A stretch of DNA of 64,000 bases. Origin: Octopus vulgaris. Its lineage: Eukaryota. Position 1 is the first letter of the stretch, and the number at the start of each line of letters is the position of its first letter. A program made the translations under genes and the position numbers. Below are positions 27,928 to 41,175 of this stretch, one piece after another. The stretch is from contig OX597824.1 of NCBI GenBank assembly GCA_951406725.2, positions 92,318,001 to 92,382,000 of the forward strand, read 5' to 3'. A model generated the notes under the pieces. The model was not told where the DNA came from and did not search any database. It was given only the letters and a program-made list of their open reading frames with translations.

Positions 27928-28255
27928 GAAAGCGCATGACTCAGTGGATTGTACGCTGGGCTCGCAATCACGAAGTAGGGAGTTCAATATCCGCACGAGT
28001 CTCTTTATTTTGTTCTTGAGCAAGACACTTTATTCCACTTCGCTCCAGTTCACTGAACTCTAGAAACGAATTATGACCTCATTGCTACTGAAGTGTATTG
28101 GCATTTGGCTTTCTCTTTGATAATATTAGTTGAGCGAACACGGGAGTCTGGCATGCATGGGTGATTGCTGGTCTCCCATAAACAACCCTACTCGGTCTTG
28201 TGCCTTGCGGGCGAACTTTCTCGGTGCCACCCTATGGTCATTCAGGTCCGAAGTG
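27928..28255 (+). mobile_element. SINE family D (tRNA head plus CORE-like domain)
   Basis: tgttcttgagcaagacactttattccacttcgctccagttcact resembles the CORE (MIR-type) domain; homologous to 49772-50064. Confidence 0.75.
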
Positions 28256-28674
28256 TTATCTGTAACCACGTGTTCATTAACTGACATCGTCCTTTAATTT
28301 GTGCTGATCTTACTATTACTTCTGTTGTTTTTCGTAAGCTTCAAATATAGAATTCCTACTGGGTGCAAAGAACAAGTCGACATGCCATATTTCCATCAAT
28401 TTTATATAAAAACCGTGTTATAATCGCTTGATTCAATTTATTTCTGTTTATAACAGATTAACATTACTGTAATTGAAACATATAGACTTTACAATTTCTT
28501 CTCCATATTGTTCAAATTTCTAAATAAATGGGAATTATATTGACTAAATAAATATCACAACAGCTGAATTGCAATAAAATTGTAATTCTTTTATAAGCTG
28601 GCATTGTCTTCGGACATGAACATATCAATATATTTATTCTTTTGACGCTGCTTTTAAGGAAAATCGATATATTT

Positions 28675-29190
28675 CAGGCGTGGGTGTGTGGTAATAAATT
28701 GGGTTCGAAACCAGGTGGTTCTGGTCGCAGTCCCACCATCTGGCAACCAATGAAAATTTCTTCAACTATAACCTGGACCCGATCAGGTGGGGTTCGATAT
28801 ATATATATATATCAGAGTAAGCACATAAATGCGAAACAAGAGGGAAAAAATAGTACTCGAATACCAGAGGTAGAGTATTATGTCTTATTAAAATGCAACA
28901 AAAATATTAAAAAAGCTGTCCGACGAACGAGAACGTAAAACTCTGAGTAACAGTTTTTTTTTGCTGCTTTTTAATAAAGCATATATATACTGTATGTGTG
29001 TGTCTCTGTGTGTAAGTTTGTTTATGTTCTCTCAAACAAACCAACTTAGCGGGTTGGCAAAAACCGAAACAGATTTTGTGCCAGAGTTTAAAATAATTAT
29101 TCGGTTCACTTCATTCGAATAAAAGCCTTTGAGTCGCTGTCCCAGCATAGCTGCAGTTAAAAAAACTAGAAAATGACAAAGAGAAAAGAA
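28675..29190 (+). mobile_element. Diverged SINE family C interrupted by a TA-embedded element at 28810-28985
   Basis: Head caggcgtgggtgtgtggtaa, tail cccagcatagctgcag. Confidence 0.65.
28909..28960 (+). ncRNA. Hammerhead-like fold (variant/decayed core)
   Basis: aaaaaagctgt-CCGACGA-acg(agaa)cgt-AAAA-ctc(t)ga-GTA-acagttttttt. All three stems form, with U4C and G12A substitutions. Confidence 0.5.
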
Positions 29191-29213
29191 AGGATAAACG
29201 ATATAAATATATA

Positions 29214-30079
29214 CGAGGTCTGGTCAATAAGTATCTGGACAGTTGCCATAATAACGACGCTAAAGCACGCAGAGCAAAACTGCTTCACCAAAATTGACTT
29301 TGAACGCACTCTACTGTGCATGCGCACTGAGTTTTAACCCTGTGGATTACTTTCGCTGGAAAGAAGGTATGTAGCGTGAGATCATGGCATTGACATTAAC
29401 AGAGAAAGTTGTCAAGGCGATACCTGCTCATAGGCCTCAGCAAACTTGCAGAAAGTGTATGGAGAGGAGTGTATACATCGTAAACAAGTGTACAAGTGCT
29501 TCAGACGTTTCCAACATGGCCGAAAAATGGCGATATTGATGAATATTCAGGAAGACCCGCACCCAACGGAATAGATGTGCGTGAAGCTGTGAGAGGAACA
29601 CGTTGAATCACAATCGGTGAGATATCAGAGAATGTACATATTAGTTACGGTTCAGTTCAGTCCATTATCACTGAAGATTTGGATAGGTGACGCGTGCATG
29701 CCAAGTCTGTGTCAAAACTGCTTGCAGCTGACCCAAAAGGCACTGAGTTTGCACTTGTATAAGATCTACTTGACTGTATAGAGAACAATGAAAACAATTT
29801 GAAACCTTTGCGTAGGACTCTGAGCAGGTATTGCCAAGCTTTTGGCAAAATTTAATGCAGATTCTCTGTTCAACATTTTCTGTCAATATCAATGCGATGA
29901 TCACTCGCTATAAACCTTCCTTCCATGTACTACTGTAAACAGCAGAAGTGAGATAGAACGTTAAAACTTTGTGCGCCAGCACAACAGAGTTCAAGTTCGA
30001 TTTGTATCTAGCGGCTTTACTGTGATTGCTTAAGGTTTGCTACTATGACAACAGTTTAGATGCTTATTGATTAGACCAC

Positions 30080-30080
<1 letters not shown>
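29214..30080. mobile_element. Mariner fold-back derivative: two transposon 5' ends head-to-head
   Basis: TA-flanked TIRs cgaggtctggtcaataagtatc / gatgcttattgattagaccacg. The + arm encodes ..ISENVHISYGSVQSIITEDL..RVHAKSVSKLL; the - arm encodes LTENVEQRICIKFCQKLGNTCSESYAK. Confidence 0.8.
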
Positions 30081-30121
<41 letters not shown>

Positions 30122-30125
<4 letters not shown>

Positions 30126-30312
30126 GGCTGGCCAGATTGGAGTAATCTCAACATTGATCATCCGTAATTGCGAGGATGACCCGGTACTTAACTGAAGATA
30201 AACGGCTTCGAATGACCCGTCCTTGTTTTTTGTATCGTCTATCTGGATGTTTTGTTGTCCCATTTTTGTATCACCTAGATGTCCGGATGTTTTGCGTTCT
30301 TGTCTCATTTTG

Positions 30313-30359
<47 letters not shown>

Positions 30360-30639
30360 TGTGTGCTCTGTAAAGAACGTATTAGAGTACAAGTGGAGCT
30401 TGTTCACCCTTAGATTCCCGAATAGCTGGTAGTATTTTTACACACGAAGAATACCTAAAAGTAAAATTGGTAGTATACTATAATAATACTACCGGCTATT
30501 TGAGAATTCCGAGGGGGAACGAGATCTACTTGTACTCTAATACGTTCTTTACAGAACACGCATCAAGTAACAATGACAAAAAACAAATAACACGCCGGAG
30601 TTGCTTTTTTTATGTCAGAGTGCTTTACTTTATTACTTC

Positions 30640-30732
<93 letters not shown>

Positions 30733-31025
30733 TTATGATTATATGTAGAAAAATACAAACTGGGACAAAAACGTAAAACATTTAGAAGACGATACAAAAA
30801 ACACAGACGGGACATTCCAAGCCCTCAGTCTTCAGTCAAGAACCGGATCATCGTAGCAATTTCGGCTGATTAATATTGAGATTGCTCCGATCTGGCCAGC
30901 CCCAAAGGAAAATCTAAGCCAAGCGCATTAGATTCCTTGGAAGAAAGCCTCGAATGTATACAAAAGAAGGATGGAAAAACGGACGATGTTACACGAGTAA
31001 AAATACAAAAATACGTAAAAACGAT
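30122..31025. mobile_element. Nested inverted elements in (TA)n: outer arms 30122-30315 / 30745-30903, inner hairpin 30358-30564
   Basis: ggggctggccagattggagtaatctcaac... is mirrored by ...ttgagattgctccgatctggccagcccc. The inner arms of about 80 bp are gatgtgtgctctgtaaagaacgtattagagtacaag / cttgtactctaatacgttctttacagaacacgcatc. Confidence 0.85.
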
Positions 31026-31325
31026 AATGATAATAATAATAACAACAACAAAAAATATATATATAGATATTGCTACGTGTGTGTGTGTATGTGTGTGTTG
31101 AAGAGAAAAACTCTTCATCAATTCATAAACTGTTACCAGGCTTCACATCACCAATGATCACGATAGAGAATTGTACGTTGAACTTGTCTTGCGAATGTTT
31201 ATAAACGGTGCAGTGATAAGTATTTAGTAAGTCACCAAACAAACATTTAAAGCTGATTTATGACAGGTGATTATGAGTTTTAGAAATTATTAGATTTTGC
31301 TGGATAAAAAGCGATTGAGGCTTAC

Positions 31326-31355
31326 AATAATAATAACAATAATAATAATAATAAC

Positions 31356-31408
<53 letters not shown>

Positions 31409-31412
31409 TAAT
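31326..31412. repeat. (AAT)n microsatellite
   Basis: Direct inspection. Confidence 0.95.
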
Positions 31413-32984
31413 ATGATATTTAAAAGCGTGTCAAAGTCGACTTTAACAGAATTCGTAAATAAACATGGTGATAGAAATCTTTAACGCAGAGAAGTAAAAT
31501 TTGTCGTTTTAAAAAAATAAGATTTTGAGAAAAAAAAAAATGTAAAAGGAAGAAAAAGGAAACTAAAAGTAAAATTGAATGAGTGTCAGAAAGACAAGTA
31601 AATAATTTTTAAAATTTATATATCATAAATGAATAATTCAATAAGAATATTGTTCGAAAATATAGGAATGTTTAGGTATAGCGCCTTGTGTTTGCATATC
31701 AGTTATGACTGCACTGAAAATAACTCCAATGGACCTTCTCACAGGACGTGAAATTGTAATAGTTTGTTGTTTAATCCCACATTAAGTAGAAATGTAGCTG
31801 AACGTTTCTTAATTTACGTATTTAGGAAATTTCTCACAAAATATTTCACAGAACTGCCAAAGTTAGTTTTTCATATGGAAAGAGTCTTGCCTTGTCGTTA
31901 CCCATCGCAATGTGAGCAACCACTCGATAAATCTAAAGGATATAATGCTAAGCCTAAGAGGAATTATATATATTTTCGTAACTATACCCTCAATAGCATC
32001 TGTCTCACCAAAATATTGTATACAGTGGTAATTGCCAGGTCGATAATAACCCTCACACACACTGAGCCAGAGAGACAGCCTGAAAATAAGATTACAGGCA
32101 GGAAATTCTTTTACATATCTAGAAAACAGCACTTAATTAAATTATCTAAGCTCCACTGGCAATTGAAAAAAAAAAAAGAAATAACAAATGGTACAGTTCT
32201 TTTCAATGGCTGTATGTCTATCTTGGTAGAGCAATTCTACAGCGGCACGAGTCCACCGCTATTCGATGAAATGCTTGCTATGCATAAGTGAAAACCAATG
32301 TTTCTAGATAAATATCAATCTTAAACCGAATATTTCAAATACTGAGCGGCTACAGGTTTTCCTTGTGATTTCTAATTTCACCGAAACATAAAATGCAAGT
32401 AATTTTTCCTCCAATTGCTTATGATTTCAGTAATGTTAAATCATGTAAAACAATATTTACAACATTCGTTCGGGCATTTTACAATCTGCCCTCAATTCGC
32501 GTTAATGTCAACTATGCTTTTCACATTTTCAGGATCGATAAAATGAAGTACTGGTCAAGTACCTAAATGGCTGTAATCGATTCTCTAAAAGCTACTGCTG
32601 AAATTGCTGGTTATGTGCCAAAATCCGATCAATTATTACTTGAATACGTTAGATGTACTTTTGTTTTACTATTTTATATTTCGTTTAAGTTTTCAAACTC
32701 GCCATGTTTGACCTTCGCAGTGATTCAAATTACACATCAGACTGCGGGGTAAAATACACCATTGTAATAATTTATTACATCATTACTCCTCGTTGAATCT
32801 ATAGTTCCAACATTTAATTTATAGATTTCCATATTCCCATATGTAATACCGTATGCATACATATTGGACATCGTCCGTTTTATATTTTGGTCAGTTATTT
32901 CCCTGTGGCTCTACGCTCATTTTATGTTTTGATATCTTTGCATTCTACCAGACGAATGGTACACGTAGGACGCCAGTTACCAAA

Positions 32985-33069
32985 TTATATATATATATAT
33001 ATATATGTATGTATATATCGATATATGTATATGTATATTTATATCTATATCTATCTATCCAACTCCGTT

Positions 33070-33138
<69 letters not shown>

Positions 33139-33192
33139 TTATCTATTTATCTATCTCTCTCTATATATAGGTATATGTCTCTCTCTCACACT

Positions 33193-33245
<53 letters not shown>

Positions 33246-33383
33246 ACGTATATATACATATATGTATAAATTTGCATGTATGCATATATAGACCAATATC
33301 TATACGTTCATATGCTCATAATCATGCATTTACTTATATAATATATGTATATATGTATTAAACACACAAACATGCGCATACAG

Positions 33384-33423
<40 letters not shown>

Positions 33424-33425
33424 GC
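32985..33425. repeat. (TA)n/(TATC)n/(CA)n compound microsatellite
   Basis: Direct inspection. Confidence 0.95.
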
Positions 33426-34504
33426 GATTATTCATGTGTCTATGTTAACTAAAAGTAGACAGTAAATAAATATAATTGATAGAAGAGACGATATTGATTT
33501 TCTTGTAAAGAAAACTTCAACTGATTTACATATATATAAATATAATGTGAAGATATGAATATACAAATGACTTTCAACAGATTTATCTTATGCAAAGATG
33601 TGTCAAATCAATAAAACGTGTGCTTGTAAATTACATGCTGCTAGTGAGGACAGTACGCCATCTTTTAAAATACTGGTATTATCTAATCAAATAGATTATA
33701 AAGAAAACATATAATGTCAAAATTATGAGAGAGAGTGTCTATGGAATTGTATACATTGGAATGCATATTAAAATATAAATTATTATAGGTTAAAATTGAA
33801 TGGCTTTAAAATAGAAGAGAGATAAATAAAATACAGGTTTTCTATCGTCTGCTATAGTTGTTGACACTCTTACCTTGTAATCTGCTCAATTTAGAAGAGG
33901 CTGAAAAATTTGAGACATATTTAGAGTAAAGAAAAACTTGGCGAAACTTAATAAATTGATGGTTTCACGAGAAAACTGTATGTTGCAAGCTCAGTAATTA
34001 AATAAATATAATTACTGCTGGAACATAAAATGAGTCTGCGTTTAAACAATTAAACGAATGTATTTAAAGCGTGAACTGTACTAATTCTAAGTTCTTAGAA
34101 TGTTTCAGATATTTTTGTATAGTTTCTACAAGAGAACAACCCAGTGTTGTAAAATATATGGTAATCAAACTTAGCATATCTAAATATTGTTTAGTTAAGA
34201 CATGTACTAATGTCGATGCTAGTGAAATGTAGGGTGATAATCGTCTATAACTTGGTAAAGGTAAATAAAAAAATTATAGATTTCGGTTAAAAGGATATTT
34301 ACTAATTTACTAGATGGCAATGTCTGTGTATAGGCGTTATATTACCTAACATTTGGGAAATAAAATTGCTTCAACATGTTATAGCGTTTTAATAATTCAA
34401 CGATTGCAATTTCAGACTCGTTCCAATTGGCGACAAATTAAATATGCGTAACGTAAAATTTCATAGAAACTCACTCCATTGATGATAATGTAGAATTTTA
34501 TGAA

Positions 34505-34629
34505 AGCTAGAGCAACGTGATATGAAGTATTTTGATCGAGAGCACAACGCGCCGCCAGCTGTGGGAATTGAACCCAAAATCTAGTGACCGTGAGTGCAAC
34601 AACCAAACGGCTAGGCCACGCGCCATCAC
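34505..34629 (-). mobile_element. Truncated tRNA-like SINE head (family D-like)
   Basis: Minus: ggcgcgtggcctagccg...gggttcaattccca...gcgttgtgctctcgatcaaaatact. Confidence 0.55.
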
Positions 34630-34634
34630 GTGTA

Positions 34635-34672
34635 TCTTTCCGTCGAAGAGCGTAGGCTCGAAACGTAAAAGA
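34635..34672 (+). ncRNA. Minimal hammerhead-like fold at the start of a short element ending in (TA)n (to about 34768)
   Basis: tcttt-CCGTCGA-A-gagc(gtag)gctc-GAAAC-GTA-aaaga; loopless palindromic stem III; core carries U4C and A6U. Confidence 0.5.
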
Positions 34673-34766
34673 CTTGTTTTATTTCTATTCCTGAGCGCCA
34701 TACTAATACATTATTTGTTTGTACTCCACCTGCCTTCGTCTTTTGTTTATTTTCGTAAACCTTCCG

Positions 34767-34815
<49 letters not shown>

Positions 34816-34816
<1 letters not shown>

Positions 34817-35209
34817 TAGCAGTATCGCCCAACGTTGCTCGGGTTTGTAAGGGAAATAACTATATAAGCATTTTTAGAGAGTTATAGCAAAAAATGGCAA
34901 AAAAAAATGCATTAAAAATGGAAAAAAATGATGGTAAATTTTTTTTAAAATCGTTGACTCATCGTAGACATTTTTAGAGAGTTACTTCCCTTATATAATA
35001 GCGAAAAAATGCATTAAAAAGGAAAAAATTGATGGTAAATTTTTTTTAAATCGTAGACTCATCGTAGACGCGCGCTAATACCCAGAAGGGCTCGATATGA
35101 ATCACGACTATAAGATACCCGGTTTTGGTTAAACTGCACCGCAAAATGTGGGAGTAGTTAGGAATCTAAATCGTACGAGACAGACACACAACTTGACTTT
35201 TATATATAA

Positions 35210-35212
<3 letters not shown>
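34816..35212 (-). mobile_element. Non-autonomous Helitron, copy 2
   Basis: Reverse complement of 18454-18751 with an internal duplication of about 90-100 bp. TC/CTAG termini at an A|T junction inside (TA)n. Confidence 0.85.
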
Positions 35213-35274
<62 letters not shown>

Positions 35275-35279
35275 CGCTG

Positions 35280-36560
35280 AAGTAACGCCCTTTCTGCAGT
35301 TAATGACTTTAATAGTATATAAATATTTATCAAGTAATTTTTTTTTTATTGAATACCAGTTTACTGCATTACTGAAAGACATGATTAATAAACTAATGAA
35401 AGAAATCGCAGAAGTTTTAGGAAACAAAAACGGTCAATTAGAAACTAGAAAACACAAATGCAAAAGAGCGTGATTTCTGCCGCACCGTTTTCTTATAGTT
35501 TTGACGATTCTCCAAAAAAGCAGCAAGAAATTGGCGCCTTGTGGTTTTAACAGTAAACGTAGATTATTAAATGTCAGTAAAGCATCATGTCAGTAAAGGG
35601 AAGAAAATATATTACTTCACCTAAATTTATGAGAAATTATTTAGATGTGAAATCTTGCGTCACATCTTCTAGGGCAGCCATTGTAGTTCGATTTTGCAAA
35701 GGTTATGAAATATATAACGATTGGTTAATTAGGCAACTTGAATTAAACACACAGAAAGGAACTGAAATATTTCTTGCTGAAGGAAATGTTTGGTCTTATC
35801 GGAAGACATGCTGAGTTTATTTCATAACATAGGTTTTATGATGAGAACGAATTATGCGGTTTGCAAAATGGTAATCTGTAGACAAGCAGATTAGTTCTGT
35901 TTCTGTTCTCCATCACTTCAGTGGCGTGTCGTAATTTGTCTTTTTCTGACGGATAAAAAAAAAATGTTCTTGTCAAGAATAAAGTGAAATAAAGTGTTGA
36001 TTTGCAGATTAGTGTTTTTTTATAAATTTCACTTTAAACATAAGTGGCTTGAACACAGTTTTATTCGGTTTTCGGAAAATACTTGATATTATGTTTGATG
36101 ACATAAAGTCTTGGAAATCAAAGAGTTTTTTCAAGAACATGTTGTCAAATGCACTTTTAAATACTTTGTAAACCTCTAAAATCAACAAAACGAATAATTA
36201 ATTTTGAAACGCATAAGAAAACAGATTTTCAAAGCATTGAAACGGAATTATTGAGTGATCTTAATGATCAAAGTTTCTGATGATGTTCTAACTTCCAATC
36301 AGTTGTAGAAAGCGCAAAAACATTTCAACTATTGTGACTGCGGTTTAAAAAGAAGTGGATAAAAAATATAGCAGTGGACAGAAGTGGATAACTGCCTGCA
36401 AGAAAGAATTTATTGTTTTACAAATGGCATAAATGAGAGGCCAAAATATCTAGGTTAGAGAGCTGAATTAGAAAGCATGCAAAGATTTAGCGCAGGAATT
36501 CTAGAAAACTGTTTGAAACTCTGTGAATCGATTACTTAAATGTTTTCTTGTCTGTAAAAA
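35280..36560 (+). pseudogene. Decayed hAT transposase (Buster/SPIN/GTF2IRD2-like)
   Basis: YLDVKSCVTSSRAAIVVRFCKG...TQKGTEIF resembles ALDESxDVTxxAQLAIFVR...TxGxDIF; later HKWL (cf. VRWL) and KHFN (cf. HLNxLN). Many stops. Confidence 0.45.
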
Positions 36561-36601
36561 CTTAGTCACAATATTAAGAGTAATTTTATTAGCATAAACA
36601 T

Positions 36602-37322
36602 AAGGCGGCGAGCTGGCAGAAACGTTAGCACGCCGAGCGAAATGCTTAGCGCTATTTCGTCTGCCGTTACTTTCTGAGTTCAAATTCCGCCGAGGTCGAC
36701 TTTGCCTTTCATCCTTTCGGGGTCGATAAATTAAGTACCAGTTACGCACTGTCCATGTTTATCCTCTCTGTATTTAGCCCCTTCTGGGTAGTAAAGAAAT
36801 ATGTATTCGTCTGCTGCTAGGTTCTGAGTTGAAATTCCGCCGAGGTTGACTTTCACTTTCATCCTTTCGGGGTCGATTAAATAAGTACCAGTTACGCACT
36901 GGGGTCGATATAATCGACGTAATCCGTTTGTCTGTCCTTGCTTGTCCTCTCTGTGTTTATCCCCTTGTGGGCAGTAAAGAAATAGGTATTTCGTCTTCTG
37001 CTACGTTCTGAATGTATATTGAGCACTAATAACTCGTTCGCACACTATTGTTACCAGTATTAATAAGTGGTATCATATATTCATATATAAGGCGGCGAGC
37101 TGGCAGAATCGGTAGCACGCCGGGCGAAATGCTTACCGGTATTTCGTCTGTCTTTACGTTCTGAGTTAAAAATCCGTCGAGATCGACTTTGCTTTTCATC
37201 CTTTCGGGATCGATTAAATAAGTACCAGTTACACCCTGGGGTCGATATAATCGACTTAATCCGTTTCTTTGTCCTTGTTTGTCCTCTCTGTGTTTAGCCC
37301 TTTGCGGATAGTAAAGAAATAG
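36602..37322 (+). mobile_element. Two SINE family A insertions: multimeric 36602-37010 and monomer 37090-37322
   Basis: The monomer is flanked by the 19-bp TSD ggtatcatatattcatata. The first copy restarts at about 36803 and about 36986. Confidence 0.9.
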
Positions 37323-38111
37323 GTATCATATATTCATATAGAAATATATATATATATATATGTATGTATATACAGAACGAGACAGACAGACAGAGAAAGT
37401 GAGCGATACATTATGGGTAATGTAAGTATATAAATGTTGCAATGCAAAACGATATGGGTACCTTGCAAAAAGTTTTCCATGGCACTGCAGGAATATGGAA
37501 ATTACTATAAAGTTTTAAACATAAAATTCCTCCGATAGTCTACCGCTGCGTTACCGAGTAGAAACAGCTTATAGCCATTTATATCTTGGGTTTTACTTCA
37601 TAGCACCGATATATTAAGTTTGTAAAACTATATATTTATGTGAGTGCAAGCGTGTGTGCATTTGTGTGTGAACGCTTATGTGGTATAGATATATACATAT
37701 GTGTGTGTGTGTTTATGTGTAGGTGTGTGTGCACATGTGTGTGCCCGTGTGTGTATTTGTATATAAAATATAATTTTTTTCTGAGTTTTGCATATTGGTT
37801 TGTGTATCTGTAGAATATCATATTAAGATCTGCACCGATAGAATCTCAGAGAATCATGCAAAATTCTATATCTACAAATACAAATATGAATACTTACACA
37901 TATAAATGGTAGAATATATTTCGATATAAGTTTCTCGCAAACAAATATTTTTTTATTTACCTCAAGTTCGTTGACCCTACTAAGAAAATTCTTATACATG
38001 CAATATTTGAAACGTTATTTTGTGTCTTTCTGCTACCGTATATTTAAAAGAAATATATACAGCAAGTAATATTATATTCTTCAGACTATGTTGCTAGATA
38101 TATATTCAACA

Positions 38112-38536
38112 AAGGCGGCGAGTTGGCAGAAAGGTTAGCACGCCGGGCAAAAGGCTTACCGGTATTTCGTCTGCCGTTGCCGTTACGTTCTGAGTTTAAA
38201 TTGAGCCGAGGTCGTCTCTGATTTTCATCCATTCTGGATCGATAAATTAAGTACCAGTTACGCACTGGGGTCGATGTAATCGACTTAATCCGTTTGTCTG
38301 TCCTTGTTTGTCCTCTCTGTGTTTAGCCCCTCGTGGGTAGTAAAGAAATAGGTATTTCGTATGCTGTTTCGTACTGAGTTCAAATTCCGCTGAGGTCGAC
38401 TTTGCCTTTCATCCTTTAGAGGTCGATAGATTAAGTACCAGTTACGCAGTGGGGTCGATGTATTCGACTTAATCCGTTTGTCTGCCCTTGTTTGTCCCCT
38501 ACTATGTCTAGCCCTTTGTAGGCAATAAAGAAATAA
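38112..38536 (+). mobile_element. Dimeric SINE family A
   Basis: 16-bp TSD agatatatattcaaca flanks the whole dimer; restart at ggtatttcg 38351. Confidence 0.9.
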
Positions 38537-39120
38537 GATATATATTCAACATATGAAATTTGTCTATACTATTCATTGGTAAAACTGACCACATTTATGC
38601 CACAGGCCTGGAATGTTTGAAATAACGTATTGTAAATAATGTGGAAGTGTAAACTAGAAGTAATGATCCAACTTAGTTTGGTGACTACAAAAGTTAGAAT
38701 GAAATTCTTTAATTTGCTGCATAGAGCCTGTAGACTTTGAATCGCTAAACTTAAATACAATAAAATTCCAGTCGTGATGCTATCAAACATTTGAGGCAAT
38801 GCTGTTCGAATAAATGATGTCTCGGATAAAGACTGTAAAATAAAATTCGATTTATATGAGATAGACAAGTATTATACAAGAAAAGCTAATAATAGGAAAC
38901 AAAAAAACAGGCGCTGGAGTAGCTGTGTGGTAAGTAGATTTGTGTAAAATAGAGTATGGTACTCTCCTGCAGATCGAGAACGCATGTTTCAATTCTAACG
39001 TCCTAGGCTGCAGTGTGCTCTGCCAAATGCACCGGTTGCCACAGGCAACAATTATCACATTTGCCTTCCCCAATCAATTCCCCGTTCTCCAAGCAATGTC
39101 GCATATTATATTTCTCATTC

Positions 39121-39414
39121 TGTTGTGTCTGGGGAGAGTCATTTTCATGTTTGTGCCTCACCGGTGAAATTTCCACTTATTTTTTATGTTTATTTTCCTA
39201 AAATTTTCGTTGCGTCTTGCAACCTTTTCAATAGTTTTGACTCTGTCCGTAATTTGCACTGCGTTCCCTTTTGTTTGTTTGTGCGCATGTGTGTGTATGT
39301 GTGTGTGCATGTGTGTGTGCGTGTATGTGCGTGTGTGTGTGTGTGCCTATGTTATATTATAATATATATAAATTGGAATGTCAATTGTATCTCTCCATTT
39401 AATTCGTTGTTGTT

Positions 39415-39445
<31 letters not shown>

Positions 39446-39595
39446 TGTTGTTTTTGGGGAGAGTCATTTTCTTTTTGTGCCTTATTATTTAACACACTCA
39501 CCGGTAAAATTTCCACTTATTCCTTATTTTCATTTTCCTAAGATTTTCGTTGAGTCTTGCAACCTTTTCAATAGTCTTGACTCTGTCCGTTATTT
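39121..39595 (-). mobile_element. Two tandem copies (39121-39255, 39446-39595) of a short element, each with a hammerhead-like fold
   Basis: Direct repeat ggggagagtcattttc...gactctgtccgt. Minus motif cta-TTGAAAA-G-gttgc(aagac)gcaac-GAAA-a-TTT-tag at 39197-39234; second copy at 39537-39574. Confidence 0.65.
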
Positions 39596-40574
39596 CTCCT
39601 GTCATATTTCTTACATTCCTTGATACCTCCAATAATATGTCAACGTAAGATTCATGAACTTAAACTTAGTTATCCTCTACAATCATAAATTGGTTGAATA
39701 GATGGCCAGTCCTTAAATAATGACATGGCCGGCTATTATTAACTCAGAGAAACGAGCACACATACATATACATACAATTATACATATCCAATATGCATAT
39801 ATAAATATATGAATGCGTGTGACTGCGTGTGTGTGAGTATGTGCGAGTGTGCGTGTATGTATGTGCATTAAAATGTACGTATGTTGTATAAATGTATATA
39901 TTTATATAGATATTAATGTCGATGAGTTTCCCCAGAATTTAGAGTTCATATGTAGATGGTCATAACAGCAGTGGTAGAAAATATAGAAATAAGACACGTT
40001 ATGATGACAGCTGTACATATTATAATGAAGAAAAGAGAGCAAGAGATTAATAGGGTAATCTCGATTCGTAAATAAATCTCGATTTACAGGATTTCATTTA
40101 GACCTAAAAGTTGATTTCGATTGTATGTCATGCGTTTTATTCTGAGAATATGAATAGCAGTTCAGGAGTGATTCAATAATTGGTACTTCAGGGAAATGCC
40201 GTGTCGCTGAGATGTATTATGCTCAATGATAACGTATCTGCGATAATGTGCCGTTATGTGGAATATTATGGCATTTACAATAATTAGGATCTGAACGCAT
40301 AAAACCAAATTTTATTAGCGTTTAGTTTGTCGAATGAAAATGGAAATTGTTTGAAGACAGAAAAATAATTACGCGCTAATTTAATCGCTAATTGGTGATG
40401 TAAATTGCGGGTGTAAATAATGTAGAATTTAGCATTTATAGATTTAAAATTTATCATGATAATGAGGTAAATCAAGCGAAAGTAACAATAGCCATAGTTG
40501 AAGAAAGGTTTTGAAGTTTTCGGTTACAGCCACACATGTCCTGCGTTCGAAATTTGTCTATAGGGGGAGGGGGT

Positions 40575-40722
40575 GGATGTGTGGTAAGTAGCTTGATAAC
40601 TGATCACATGGGTCCGGGTTCAGTCCTACTGCACTGCACCTTGGGCAAGTGTTTTCTACTATAGCATCGGGCCGTCAAAGCCTTGTGACTGAATCTGGTA
40701 AACGAAACCGAAAGAAACCCGT

Positions 40723-40809
<87 letters not shown>

Positions 40810-40924
40810 ATGTGTGTGTATGTGCGTGTGTGTGTAAAAATTTAGAATAAGCTGATTAAAATCAAAATAAGCAACAAGAATATCTAGAGGTAATGCAGTA
40901 CGATCGTTTCAAGCACACACACAC

Positions 40925-40959
<35 letters not shown>

Positions 40960-41175
40960 TCTGTGTATATATTTGCATATTTGTCCCCCCCTATCACCAG
41001 CTGACAACTGGTGCCGGTGTATGTACGTCCCCTTAATCAAGCGGTTGGTCAAAACAAACCGATAGAATAAGAAATGGACTTTAAAAAATAAGTCCTAGGG
41101 TCGAATTGTTTAACTAAAATCCTTGACCGTGGTGCTCATTATGGTCGCAGCCATATGAGTAAAACAAGTAAAAGA
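40575..41175 (+). mobile_element. SINE family C with expanded internal microsatellite and nested fragment 40836-40912
   Basis: gatgtgtggtaagtagcttg...accttgggcaagtg head. The nested piece reads GAAACGATCGTA (hammerhead 3' half) on the minus strand. Confidence 0.8.

Noticed and set aside
31764-32291. 175-aa ORF in non-repetitive DNA
   Set aside because: Non-ATG start, AT-driven composition and no motif; probably a chance ORF.
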